From: Takakia lepidozioides
Lineage: Eukaryota > Plantae > Bryophyta
Reading direction: 5' to 3'
Length of the DNA stretch: 64,000 nucleotides
Assembly: GCA_030704615.1 (NCBI GenBank)
Contig: CM060732.1
Coordinates: forward strand, 82,708,001 to 82,772,000
This document shows, piece after piece, positions 10,723 through 23,530 of the stretch (its first letter is position 1; every line of letters starts with the position of its first letter). Under the pieces are notes generated by a model. That model saw only the letters and a program-made list of their open reading frames with translations. It did no database searches and was not told where the DNA came from. The translations under genes and the position numbers were made by a program.

Positions 10723-13700
10723 ATGGAAGAAGCTTATGCCACAAGGAATGGGCATACAAAAATGCTATGCAACTGCGATGAGTGTCATGGAGGAAAAGTA
10801 TTGTTGTTGGAAACAGTGAGGAATTATTACATGATACACGGGAGGGATCCTCTTCTCCGACGCTGTTCTCTTCCGGTAAGATCGCCACTTTCCCTTCAGC
10901 ACTTTAGTTTGAATTTTGAATGCAACGATCCTCTTCTCCACATGTCGACATTTCGTTGGGTGATTGTAGTCAAGAAGTCATAAGATACAGACGTGACTAT
11001 GACTACGCCACTTCCGTTATCACTTTAATTAATGCACATGTCGTGTTTTCATTGGTCATGTGTAGTCATGTAGTCATATATGACTAAGTAAGTGACTGCA
11101 ACTATGACTTCAATGGCTACAAATGTCGTGTTTTGATTGGGTGTATATTCATAAGATACATACGTAAATATGACTGCATCACTGCAACGTCACCGTGCCT
11201 CCTATGTCATAATATGAACAAGTGTCACATCGTTGTTGGTCCACTCACAAGATGACTATTGGGATGCAAGGATGTGAATATTCAGATGATGAAGACGAAG
11301 GCCCTGCGGCACAGCGGGAGCCCAATGTCACAGAGAACGCAGATGAGAGTGGTGGATTGGAGGTAGAAATGCAGCGTGCATTGCAGGAAGCGTTTCTCTT
11401 TGAAGATGCAAACAGAGAGGACCCCATTCATGGTGGAACCGATCACACATTTGCCGATCATGACGATGATCTCGACGATTCCGGAGACAATGAATTTGAT
11501 GAGAATGCTCACCTGCACGTTGATCCCGAGTATGATAAACTCTTCCGACAGTCGCAATGTCCACTTTTTGAAGGGTGCTCCATCAGCCGGCTGCAAGCAA
11601 CTTTGACGTTGTTGAATGCATGCACTACCCACAAGTGCACCAATGCATTTGTGGATGAGCTTCTGGGACTGTTGCGTAAGAGTTTTTTGCCTAAAGAGAA
11701 TTCATTGCCGAAAACTCACTATGAAGCAAAAACCATGATTGCCAAGATGGGATTGCAGTACACGATGATTCATGCCTGTGAGCGTGGTTGTGTACTCTTC
11801 CGTGGGGAGTATGAGAATGTAGACATTTGCCCAGTGTGCCGCAGTTCCCGTTACATTCCAGGTCGTGGAAGTGTGCCCAAGAAAGTATTGCGACACTTCC
11901 CTGTCATTCCAAGGTTGAAACGTATGTACCGATGTAAATCGATCGCTAACCTCATGACATGGCACGATAGACATAAGAGCCAGGATGGGTTGGTTCGACA
12001 TCCAGCTGATAGCAAAGCATGGAGACACATTGACACCACATTTGAGGATTTTGCTGCAGAGCCACAATCTCTGCGATTTGGATTGGCCTTAGACGGTGTA
12101 AATCCCTACGGAGCTCAATCCACAAGTTGGAGCACATGGCCCGTTTTCTTGGTCAATTACAATCTGCCTCCGTGGTTAATGACCAAAAAGTTCTTTGTCA
12201 TGTTAGGGCTACTGATTCCTGGTAAGGAGTCTGTTACCTCGGACAACGTAGATGTTTACCTGATGCCCCTAGTGGAAGAGCTACTAGAACTATGGAGAGG
12301 GATTGCAGCTCATGATGTTTCCCGTCCTCGTGGTCAACGCGAATTCACACTGAGGGCAGTGTTGATGTGGTCAATCCATGACTACCCTGCATATGGTTTG
12401 CTCTCAGGTCAAGTGACGAAAGGTTATGCTGGTTGTCCAGCTTGTGGACCCGGGTGACTTCACAGCAGTTACACACATGTGGAAAAATTGTTTTCCTAGG
12501 CCATCGAAGATTTTTGGCCCGCAATCATCCATATAGAAGGTCAAGAATGTTCAATGGCGCTACTGAGCATGGAACTCCTCCAAAAACGCAGACTGGAACA
12601 CAAATCAAGGAGCTTGCAACAGCTCGCACTGCATGGGTGGAAAATGGAGGGACGCCAGATAGCAGGACAGACCCAGCAAAAACTCATGGAGTTAAGCAAT
12701 TGTCAATTTTATATGTCTTACCTTATTGGGAGGTAATTCCTTCATGGCCTTTAAATTGGCTGTGTACATTTTTGCGTTTTCTGTTTAAATTGTGATGAGT
12801 AAATGCTCAATTGCTTATGTGTTCATTTTGTAGGGTCTCCTCATCCGCCACACGTTTGACGCAATGCATTGCGAGAAGAACTTGGCTGAAAATATTATTA
12901 AAACTATATTTGGTGAGAAAGACACATTGAAAGTTCGCCGTGATTTGGAGCTACTTGGGATGCGCCTGGAATTGTGGCTACAACGCGATCTTGACAGAGC
13001 AGATACGTTAATTATGCCTCCTGCCCCTTATGTCCTCACTGAGGCTGAATTACAAGTCTTTCTAGAGATTGTGCAGAACTTGAAAGTGCCAACAGGCTAC
13101 GCATCAGCTTTCAAAAAAGCATGTGGTGAAGAAGAAGTTGTCTGGCATGAAATCACATGACTATCATGTGCTCATGCAGCAAATTATACCGCTTGCTATC
13201 CGTGGGCTCATGGCAAGTGGTCAGTATTCGAGTCGAGTTCCAGTATCTTGTACTCTTGTCCATTGTTATAAATATCATCTTGATTTATGTTTACCCATCA
13301 TGCATTCGGCCACGCCGACCTTGACTTATTGTCTAGTCTTGTACCTCTAGTCTGATATCTTGTTTGTGTTCAATCATGTTCTCGTCCTTGACATGGGCTA
13401 CCTGCCCAAGTGATAGAAACATATGGTGAGCAAACATCGCAAGCATCCCTGAAAAGTGCAAGAATGCCAGACAGACATGACACAACAGTGTAAATAACAC
13501 CAACAATTTGAGGCCAGCAGAAAGCTTAGCTGTCTTAGTACCTAACTTGAATGTCGTTTATTTCTATACACTAGGATCTAATGGAAGCTGCAAGCATAAT
13601 CCCAAAATTTTTGGCCAAAACTTCCAATACTATCAAAGGCAGTTTTGGGCTAGGTTTTGGCAAGAGTACCACATGTAATTGATACAATCTGAAAACGGAT

Positions 13701-16498
13701 TTAGCTATATTTGGTTGAAGAGTAAGGTGCCAAAGACTAGACATACACTTATAATTACGTGCCCCAATCCCCCATTTTCCAGCATCCCCCACATAATTTA
13801 CCTTGTCCAGACTTGTTTGTAACATTTAATTAAGTTAAATTCGTACTTCGCAATTTCTCTGTGAGTGGACGAGTAAACGCGGACGTCGTATGCCAGGTTA
13901 GTGGAGGCAGTCCTAGTGTTGTCGCTGATGCGAAGAGTTGCGTGAACTATCTGATCACTAAGGTGACACTGACTGCTGTGAAGATAACTGCGGTGGTACC
14001 TGCACCAATATGTGCTACGCTGGAACAACGGCCATTAACGTATGTGGTAACTGCGGGCAATGAGTCCCATGCCAACAAGCCGGGAATTACAGTCGAACCT
14101 TCTTAATGGTTACTTGTTTATAAGTCAAAACAGGTCTGCTAGTTATCTTTTTGTCACTCCCGAAAAAATCCGCAAAATATACAAAGGAAATGGTTAATCG
14201 TTTAATAGTTAACTTTTTTTACTCCCTCTAGTGTTAGGTGTACCTAGATAATAGTTAACTTTTGGTATATTACTAAAAAGTGTAAGCCATCTTATCTGTA
14301 ATCCGGAAATGTAACCAATGGTTAAATTATTAAATGAATTAAGGCTCCCAGGGATTCTGTCCTCCTCGAGTAATTCTTGCACGAGTGACGTTGGGGTAGG
14401 TACATAATTTCCATCGCCTTCAACGTGTATGTCTCGGACATGTCTTGGGGCATTGAACGCCGACCTTGATTTCTTGTCTAGTCTTGTACCTCTAGTCTGA
14501 TATCTTGTTTGTGTTCAGTCATGTTCTCGTCCTTGATAGAGACTTCCATAATACGAGTCATCCGAGCCTGCATAATTCTGGCTGATTCCATCCTGCAGTC
14601 GAAGGGACACGGTGCACTGGTTTCCCATCTCGGATTGTTGGGTGGGAGTCGACATTGGGTGGAGGAACTGGAGGATCAGAAGACACATTAGTACCTAGGT
14701 TGCATGAAGGCACCACCGGAGACCGTGGAAGACGGAACCCAATCTCCTCCAGCATGCTAATATCTGTTGATGACAGCAGAACCCTCAGTGGTGTTATATG
14801 GCGTACCACATATTGGGGCAGACCTTGCACGCTACGTGCGCTTGTACGATATATTCGTTGGGTACAAATTGGCGGGTATAGTGAAGAACCTTGAGCTATG
14901 TAAGAGAGACATTGTGTAGCTGCGAGTATGTCGTGTATTTAAGAAGTTGTGTGCAAAAATGGTGAATCCTGTAGAGTATGAGGAATTGAGAACTGAAGCA
15001 GTTCTCACTCTGTGTCTTATAGAGAAGGAGTTCCCACCATCATTTTTTGATGTGATGACACATCTGGTTGTTCACCTAGTGGATGAGTTGTACTTATGCG
15101 GGCCCGTAGCATCTCGTTGGATGTACCCCATGGAGCGGGCAATGAAAGATATGAAGGGCTACGTAAGAAACATGGCAAGGCCCGAGGGGAGCATGGCAGA
15201 AGGATACCAATTTGAAGAAGCATTGGGTTTTTGCACAGAGTATATGGCAGGATTTGATGGAAGTGTACGAAGGGTGTGGGATGCAAATGAGGCAGAATCT
15301 GTGGAACGTGAAGTTGTGGAAGGAAGTTCTAAAGCCCGAAAATTGAATGACCTGTGTGATATTGTACATAAGTACATCATTCAGAACCATCCTCGTCTGT
15401 CAGTCATGTTGGGGTAAGAAATCTACTTCATTGACATTCAGATTTCCAAGTTTTAGTCATTTATCATTAGTTGGCATTTGGCGTCTTTTCAAATCTCCCA
15501 CGCCACCTCTGTCAATCTCCTGGCTGACCCTCGGATTGTGACAGGATATATGAAGCAGAGTCCACACGGATAGAAGCCAGACGACGCTTGTTTCGTGAGG
15601 AGCAAGGGCTGGAAGGCATGAGCAATCCCACGACAATTCAGTACCCTCCTGATTTGCATCATTGTCCTCCATTTGCTGTTTGGCTCCCTCAAGGTGTACG
15701 GGATCATCTCTCAATTCAATCAGATGGGCTTGATCCTACAACACGTGAGGAATTACTAGATCTTTCAAGGCCTCCATCATTTACTGCCATGTCATTCAAG
15801 AGTATGACAGCGTATGGTAACCATTACAGGGTTACATCCCCCGGCATGAACACAACAAGTATGGTGTTTTTTGATTATGGAGTCTCATCTGTTTTCCAGC
15901 ACCAGCCCATTACCAACAATTCAGGCAATGACATGGAGGAACCTACAAGATATGTGGTCTTATAAGGGAGATTTTGCAAATTGACTATGGCCAAACACAG
16001 TCTATAGTGCTTTTGTGTTCGTGGGTACGGGCGAGTCGCGTGGGTCGTCAACCTATGTCAATGAAGCATGATGATGCTGGCTTCACACTTGTCAATTTTA
16101 ACCGTATGCTTCCACCTTCTGAGCAACCTTTTGTGTTTCCTGGCCAGGTTGATCAAGTGTTTTTTTCTGATTGTGTGAAGGAGCCGGGGTGGAAAGTCGT
16201 CTCGGAAAAGAGCCCCCGAGCACGTAGAGTGGTCTGCGACATATCAATTGATAATGATGATGTGGCGGAAATGGAAGGATTGTTAGCCCCACAAAGACTA
16301 GAGGAGACTCTGGTTACTGATGGCCCAACATGCAGCCGAGCGGTACCGGTTACTCCAGAGCAGGTGGCCTCCTTGTACCTCCGAGCACCCCGTATACGTG
16401 GTGATGATGTTCAGCCAACCCTTGGACAAGATCAAGTCTGTGATGAAGACAGTGATACATGTAGTGACCCAGACATAGATGAGGATGATGAAGATTAG
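10723..16498 (+). pseudogene. CACTA TNP2/TnpD transposase (transposase-associated, Transposase_21, DUF4218- and DUF4216-like regions), interrupted
   Basis: MLCNCDEC; IHACERGCVLF; RHPADSKAW; LALDGVNPY; STWPV; HDYPA; DAMHCEKN; GMKSHDYH; FPPSFFDVMTHL; RWMYPMER; PFVFPGQVDQVFF; introns, frameshifts, a premature stop at 15963 and a ~1.7-kb insertion. Confidence 0.95.
13221..14920. mobile_element. Unclassified composite insertion interrupting TNP2
   Basis: TNP2 homology stops at IRGLMASG and resumes at RVCRVFKKLCAK; ~80-bp direct repeat at 13313-13391 and 14457-14536; pogo-like terminus TA|CAGTCGAACC at 14090. Confidence 0.6.
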
Positions 16499-16699
16499 AT
16501 ATGCTAGATTTGTGCACTCTAGTTATAGACCATGCATGATAGTTTAAGGTGGTAACACTCCCTTCGCATTCCCATTAAGATATCATGCTTGGACACTGGA
16601 TTTTATGATCAATTATGGAGTGCTTTCCTTTAAGCACTCTTTATTCATTTGTTGTTGCAATTGGCTTTGGACCAACCCGTGCTGGTACCATTGCCATGG

Positions 16700-18560
16700 A
16701 TGTTTTCTTGCCATGGATTCGGCACACGCCACGAAAGGCCATCCAGACCATCCTCTGGAAATGCTCCAATGTTGTTTCAAACATCTCCACATTGCAATGG
16801 ATACAACACTGACATTAGATGAGTGAAAGTGAGACTAGACCTCCAGCCAGCCGGCTTTCCCACATCAAATTGAAGGGGATCTGTAGATTATAGATAACGG
16901 CTGTTGCCTTCTCAATGTCTTTTCCAATCACCTCTGCAATGAACTGGGGTATAAGATCCTTCAAATCACAAGTTTGAGCATCACGCACAAGCCACTTACG
17001 GGGATAGAGTTTCCAATGCGAACCATTGGTCTTTTATTGATAACATTGTTGTAAAATACATGGACCAACATGGTCAATTTCGGGAATGACATATAGTACG
17101 CTTTCATGTACTATGTAAGCATGCAACTATGTACCAGTGACGTGGCTTGTTCGCCACTTAACCTGGTTGCCCATTCAGCCATCTCCACATTGTCATGGAT
17201 TTTGCATGCTGGATTGTGAGACCATCCACACCGTCCTCTGGAAATGCTATCATGGGGTTTCAGCTATGTCCACATTTCCCTGGATTATGCCTGCATGAAG
17301 CAAGGCCAACTGCATTCAGCACCCTCCACTTTATTATAGTATTGCAGCAACATTCAAAGCACTTCAATTTGTATCCATCAAAAACATTTAGGCTGGAAAA
17401 AGACATTGTTGCAGCAGAACTTAGGAAAGTACTTCTCCCCTTCCACTACACACGTGAAATGAAAGAAGCCAACCAACAGCATACCAGCCAAGAAAATATG
17501 AAACCAGCTAAGAAAAGAGCCAATATATGCAGTGAAGGTCGACACTAAATGAAACTTATCCAACACTTACATTAGAGGAGGGAAGCTAAGTCTTTACCTC
17601 CATAAGCTTGCCCACATCAAATTTGGGAGCTTTCAGAATTTTTCCTTTCCGGTTGAATGAACTTGGCTACAAGATCCTTCAAATCACAAGTTTGAGCTTC
17701 ACACACAATGAACTTACAGGGATTGAGCTTCCAATGCAAACCAGAAGTCTTATATTGATAGCATTGTTGTAAAACACATGGACCAACAATGACAGTCTCT
17801 GGAATGACATATAGTACAGTTTCTTGTAGTATGTCGCACACAACTATGTACCAGTGACGTGGCTTCTTTGCCACTTGCCTCCTTTGCCCATTCAGCCATC
17901 TCCACATTGCCACGGACTCTGCATACACCACGCAAGGCCATCCACACCATCCTCTGGAAATGCTATAATCAGCTATCTCCACATTGCAATGGATTCTGTC
18001 TGCACCAAGCAAGGCCAACTGCATTCAGCAGCCTCCACTTTATTATGGTATTGTAGCAACATTGAAAGCACTTCAATTAATATCCAACAAGAACATGTAG
18101 GCTGGAAAACAAAAATTATTGCAGCAGAACTTACGTTCGTACTCCTCCCCTTCCACTACACACGGGCAATTTAACCCCTGGTACCTCAACATGCTCCTCT
18201 TCAAGCTCTTCCAACTCACCAACATGTCGCTCTATCTTTGCTCCCACCTCCTCACTGTATGTGATCCCCATGAAAGCAGCCAAGCAACAAGATACCAGCC
18301 AAGAAAACAGCCAATGTATGCAGTGAACGTCGACACTAAACTGAAACTTATCCAGCACTTAAATTAGAGGAGGGAAGCGAGTTCTACCTCCATAAGCTTG
18401 CCCACATCAACTCTGGGAGCTTTCATAATATTTACTTTGTGGATGAAGGTGTTCTGTATAGGATACATACTGGCTGATATCTTCTCAATGTCTTTTCCAA
18501 TCACCTCTGGAATGAACTTGGCTACAAGAACTTCAAATCACAAGTTTGAGCTTCATGCAC
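16700..18560. repeat. Degenerate tandem repeat (~720-850-bp units), each containing an RPS3a C-terminal fragment
   Basis: CTTCAAATCACAAGTTTGAGC at ~16959, ~17677 and ~18531; shared flanking blocks (CCATCCACACCATCCTCTGGAAATGCT etc.). Confidence 0.85.
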
Positions 18561-19350
18561 AATGATCTCCCTCATCTTCCACCGAAGCAAGCCGAGACAT
18601 GGTAACACTACTTACATCAGGCTGCATATCACGAAACTGATGAAGGACTTGCATGGAAATACTGGCTGCATACAATGTTTTGTAGTGTTCCTGACAAGCA
18701 ACCACCATTGCAACCGTCATGTTCTATGGAAATTTCTGTCTCTGTCTCTGTCTCTGTCTCTCTCATTCTCTCTTTCCCACTCACACATGAACCTCAGAAA
18801 TGGACATCAGAGACCTGAAATGCCTTCATTATCCCCAAAAACTATTGGCTGGTGTACTTGAGGTTCTATTTCTTTCAGAGACTGCCATTCAACTTCTAAG
18901 AATTGCATCATTTTGTCGAAGAGCCCTAGAAATTGTCTAACATTTTTGAAATTGTGCGTAGCAAGTGCGCTTAATGTGGTTGGGCCGTTTCTTTGTGAAG
19001 CCAATGCAGAAAATCCGCAATATGTAATTGTCTGTTGTTTTCACATCCACATGTGACTCTATCAGACTCTACCATTTCCACACCAGCCTCCATCAACTTG
19101 TCTGTGGTGAAATTTATTCCCTGGACCAATCCCAAGTCAATTTACAACACGGCCTTTAACCCTGACAACAAAAAAAACTCACTTTAGAGTGCCAAAAGAC
19201 ACAAATTTACCTAAGAATAAGCAGTTCAATTTCGCTATGATGTACTGAGTGATAAGAACCCCATACTAGAAGCATCACTGCACCTACTTAAAATGAGAGT
19301 AACCTAAAAGTTAGTGAGGACATTGCGACCCTGCACATTCTTGGTGAAGC
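18165..19350 (-). pseudogene. RPS3a: Captured 40S ribosomal protein S3a (eS1) gene fragment with introns
   Basis: NVQGRNVLTNF | [46 protein letters not shown] | [51 protein letters not shown] | HGD-YSEEVGAKIER. Confidence 0.9.
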
Positions 19351-20961
19351 CAGTTTGGCAATTCGCAGAGAGAACACATATACTGGCGGCCAGCTTCAAC
19401 CTTTCCTTTGTAATATCTTCCATTATTTGACCGGCCAACCTGTGATGACGACAATGCTACCCATATCCTAACAACATTTCATTCGAAAAGAATTCCCAAA
19501 ATCAAGATCATGAGTGAAGTTCCCTTTGGAACCTTCCACATAGAATGAAGGGTTTGACAACGAAATAAGGACAAAAAGGGGGAGGAAGATGCAGGTTTCG
19601 ATTGGGATTTTGCATCGGGCCTGTAGCTTCATGATGGTGATTGGTTATAACTGCTAATGGAAGAGATGTAGACTTGGTAGTAGATATTTAAACGTTTCGA
19701 TTATAACTTACCAATCTGACACCAGATAACCTTTGTAAATCCTATCGAACTCTCCCTTCGAATTCGCATCGTCGATGCTTCCATACATGTCCATGAAGGT
19801 AACGTTCCAAATTTCTTCAAGTAGATGCAGTTCTCGCCTATGATATGATCACCATGCTATCCTGCAATCAACGCATTTGAAGACACGACCCGTCGTTCAG
19901 CCATACTGTCGCACATTCCCTCTCTGCAAACTCCACATTCCAAATGGCATCCTCTGCAGACTCTCACTTTACAAACTCAATGAAGAATGCGACTTAGTGC
20001 TCTACGGTAACTACAAAATGCTTGAGCTATATGAAACCAATAGGAAACTAATACATGTACTAAGCTGATAGGATTTCGGCAAACATGGATGGATGAGCTC
20101 ATCCAATGGATGGATCCATTCATGTATATGTCTTCAAAATGACACGTGTACTAATAAAGTCATATAAATGCCTTTAAAATGCCATGTGTAGTGATGTAGT
20201 CATATATATAGAGTCATGAATCAATCTGCAGTCAAATAGTCATAAGTTTACATGCCATGTCATGCTGTGGATGAACTCGTCCAATGGATGAATACATTCG
20301 TGTATTTGCCTTCGAAATGACACGTGTGCGATGTAGTCGTATAATTAGAGCTGTGAAACCATCTCCAGTCATGGAGTCATAACATTCCATGAAACGTCGT
20401 CCACGTGTAATCAAACATATCACACTAGTCATATAAACCATCCCTGTCATTGTGGTCAACAATGTTTGACCAAAGCTTCCTAACTTTCCGGAGTCATGTA
20501 GTGATAAAACTATGACTGCAACGCATTTCAGCGCTCTGTAGTCATCTACCTAGTGCAGTTTATATGACTCCGCCAAAGCCGTAGTCCTAAAAAAGCTCAT
20601 ATCTTGTAGTGATTGGAGGTGAATCTAAGTCCCACCAACTAATCGGAGGTTCTACATCCCACCAACGGAGGTGCATAATGACATGTAACAAATATAGAGG
20701 GTGGTTTTACAACATAGAGTATGAGTTTCCTAACATTTAACAAATAACACTCTTTGACTCTTTCCTAATGTAATATTCTACAGAGTATAAAAAAACGTAA
20801 CAATAAAGGGGATATAACATATACGGAGGTAACATTTAAAGAGGATCGACTGTATACCTAAATCTCTGGAACATCGTCTTCTTTGTGAAAACCTGCTCTA
20901 GATTTTCCTCTAGTATTTTTAGGGCATTTTGAAGCAGAATTTACCCACTAGGGACAGGAGC

Positions 20962-23530
20962 CACTAGAAAAAATTGGGGGGGGGGGGGGGGGGGGGGGGT
21001 GGGTTTTGCGATGTCGTGGCGTCGCAAAACAGCCCTTTTCGGGTAGGGGGGAGGGGCCAATTTTGCGACGCCCAGGCGTCGCAGGCCCGTCGCCAAAAAA
21101 ACGTCACAAATTTGCCACCGCGATTTGCGACGCCTGGGCGTCAATAAATAAATAAATAAATCCTTCTCTGCAATGCCGAATTAGCAACGTCCGGGGGTCG
21201 CAAAGTGCGACGCCCGGACGTCGCAATTTAAGGGGGTATATTTGACTTTATTTGCAGCGCGCCAAAGTCAAACACATAGGCATTGCTACTGAATCCTACA
21301 TCCAGTAATTTCTTGATTTCTTCCCAAATCTTAGCTCCATAGTTGGCGTTCATTCTGTATCCGTTCTGTCGAACCGGTTTGGTGTCAAGTTCCAGCTCAA
21401 TTCGGTGCTGACAGATGTTAGGGGGTATTCCTTTCAGATCTTTGTAGTTCCAAGCGAATACATCCTTGTATTCAGTGAATAGTGCAATGGCTTATTGTAG
21501 AAATGATTCTTTAAGGCCTGCACTCACTCGTACTATCTGTGGTTCTTCCACTATTCCCATATTCACTTGAATCAATTGAGTTTCTTCCGTCACTGTCCAT
21601 GCTACAATCTCATGTCCGATGGTAGCGATCGTGGCAGGTACTTCACTGATGGTAATGTCCTCTTCTCTTTCTTGATAAAACGAGCGGGGTGTTGAGGTGT
21701 GTCCATCGCTTCTTCTTCATGATCTTCTGTTACTGGAGTGTTTGTTTATCCTTGAGTGTTCACCATCTGGCATCCTACTGTCGTGGTATGCTTGACCACT
21801 AGTTGACCAATGGGTTCTAACTGCGGATGCGCTGCATATACTGTAGCTTTTTCTTCATCCGACAGTCCACTGGACCAGTCATACTCTTCCACTATGCAAG
21901 GTCGTGTCTCTCGTGGAATTGTACCTCGTTGCTTCGTGGTGATAGTGACTTGTTCTGACCATTTCTTGATCGTGAGAGTCTGACTTCCCCAATCGTGGTG
22001 AGATTGGGCTTGTGTTAACCATGGTCTGCCAAGTAGTAACGAATATCCTTTTGCCACATCCTCCATTCTGAGAATGGTCACCGATACTTCGTATACCAGT
22101 CCTGCTATTTCCATTGCAAGGCGTCCGATGATACCCAACGGCTGTACTTTTCGTTGATCGGCCATTCATACCGTGAATGGAGCAGGTTCCATATGCCCCA
22201 ATCCTAGTGACTTCTTCATTCTTTCTGCCAAATATTCACTCCCGATCCTCCGTCAATGAGTATATCCGTCACCAGCTTCCGTCCAACACGTACTTGTATC
22301 ACCGGTATTGCTTCATCGTTGTCTAGGACTCGTGGTATAATCGTGGGTTTAATCGTGTAAACCTCTGGTGCTGGCTTTTGTTTTGGTGTAGGGGTCAAAA
22401 CCTCAATTGCTCGAAATAAAATTTTCTTGCAGTGTGAAACATGTCCAATGGTAATTTGGGGCTTGGTTTGGCATATTACTTCAGCCAAAGTTGTCTCTGT
22501 GGTTTCATTTGTGGTCTTAGTCGCCGGTCTGATCTGATTATCTGGAGTTGGATTTCCAGGAGGTATATGGGTTCCTTCTTGCATTTGAGCTATGGCTTTG
22601 CTTACCTCCTGGTGTAAGCTCTTTTCTTCTTGCTATGCTGCACTTTCTGGATATTATTTCTGGTATTCCAGCTCGGATTCAGATTCCTTATCCGGAGGTT
22701 TCTGCTTCTTGGCCTGAGTTTGGGTTACCGCAAGGGTATCCACTACAGGGGTTACCACACTCACGGCAATTTCAAAAACTTGTTGACCATTGACTCCGGT
22801 TCTGTCCAATGGCGATATGTTCATTGTTCTACATATATTAGGCAATGCATACTTGAACCTCGGACCTCTACGCTATAACATTTCTAAGACACTACAGACT
22901 AACCAACACACCTACGATACATCTATGTATCACAAAAGCAATCTATATACATATCAAGATTTCTTTCAAGTTCTTTCTAAGGGGGTCCCTCTTGTGACGC
23001 CGGGGAATTGGAACCTTCACAGCCTTAGTGCCTAGCCCCAGCCCCAACCCCAGCGTCATCGCCATTGTTGCAGCCCTACCGCCAAGTGTCCCAAGTGACA
23101 TCCTTGTGATGACCTAAGCTGACTACAATACCGTTGCGACCCCCTGGCATCGCAGCGTTGGGCGTCCTAGCGCGGGCACCCCCTAGCGACGCTTTTGGGA
23201 CGTTGAGGGCCGCAAAACCCAAAAAAAAAAAAAAAAAAAAAAAAAACAACAAACAAACAAACCCCTATTGTGGCTATGCCGTTGCGACACCCCGGCGTCA
23301 TAGAGGCGCGGGGGCATCCTCAGTGACACTTTTGCGACGCCGGGGCGTCGCAAGAAAAAAAAATCCGTCGCAGCGGGGGCCCCCTTTCCCCTTCATGCCA
23401 CCTTGTGACGGCTGGGCGTCGCAAAAAGACGTCGCGGGGTTGGCATCGCAGGCTCAGCGCCGCGCGGGGGCGTGGGGCGCGGCTGGCGTCACAACCCCCC
23501 CCCCCCCCCCCCCCCCCATTTGCTGTAGTG
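20962..23530. mobile_element. Non-autonomous CACTA element carrying a Ty3/gypsy internal fragment
   Basis: Termini CACTAGAAAAAATT(G)n and (C)nATTTGCTGTAGTG; 3-bp TSD AGC on both sides; TTGCGACG/CGTCGCAA subterminal repeats. Confidence 0.9.
21285..22800 (-). pseudogene. Ty3/gypsy gag-end, aspartic protease and RT N-terminus fragment
   Basis: ILIDGGSGVNI, MADQRKVQPLG, YSLLLGRPWL, EYKDVFAWNYKDLKGIPPNICQHRI, EEIKKLLDVGF; no LTRs. Confidence 0.9.

Larger units (their letters stand above)
4803..20611. mobile_element. Full-length CACTA (En/Spm) DNA transposon, degenerate
   Basis: Left TIR CACTACAACAGATGAGCGTTTTT; right TIR reverse complement CACTACAAGATATGAGCTTTTTT; 3-bp TSD ATT on both sides; ATGACT/AGTCAT subterminal repeat arrays at ~4826-5430 and ~20155-20585. 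Confidence 0.95.

Noticed and set aside
17780-17870. HWYIVVCDILQETVLYV resembling the Ulp1 catalytic His motif
   Set aside because: No following DS or Q..DCG motif visible
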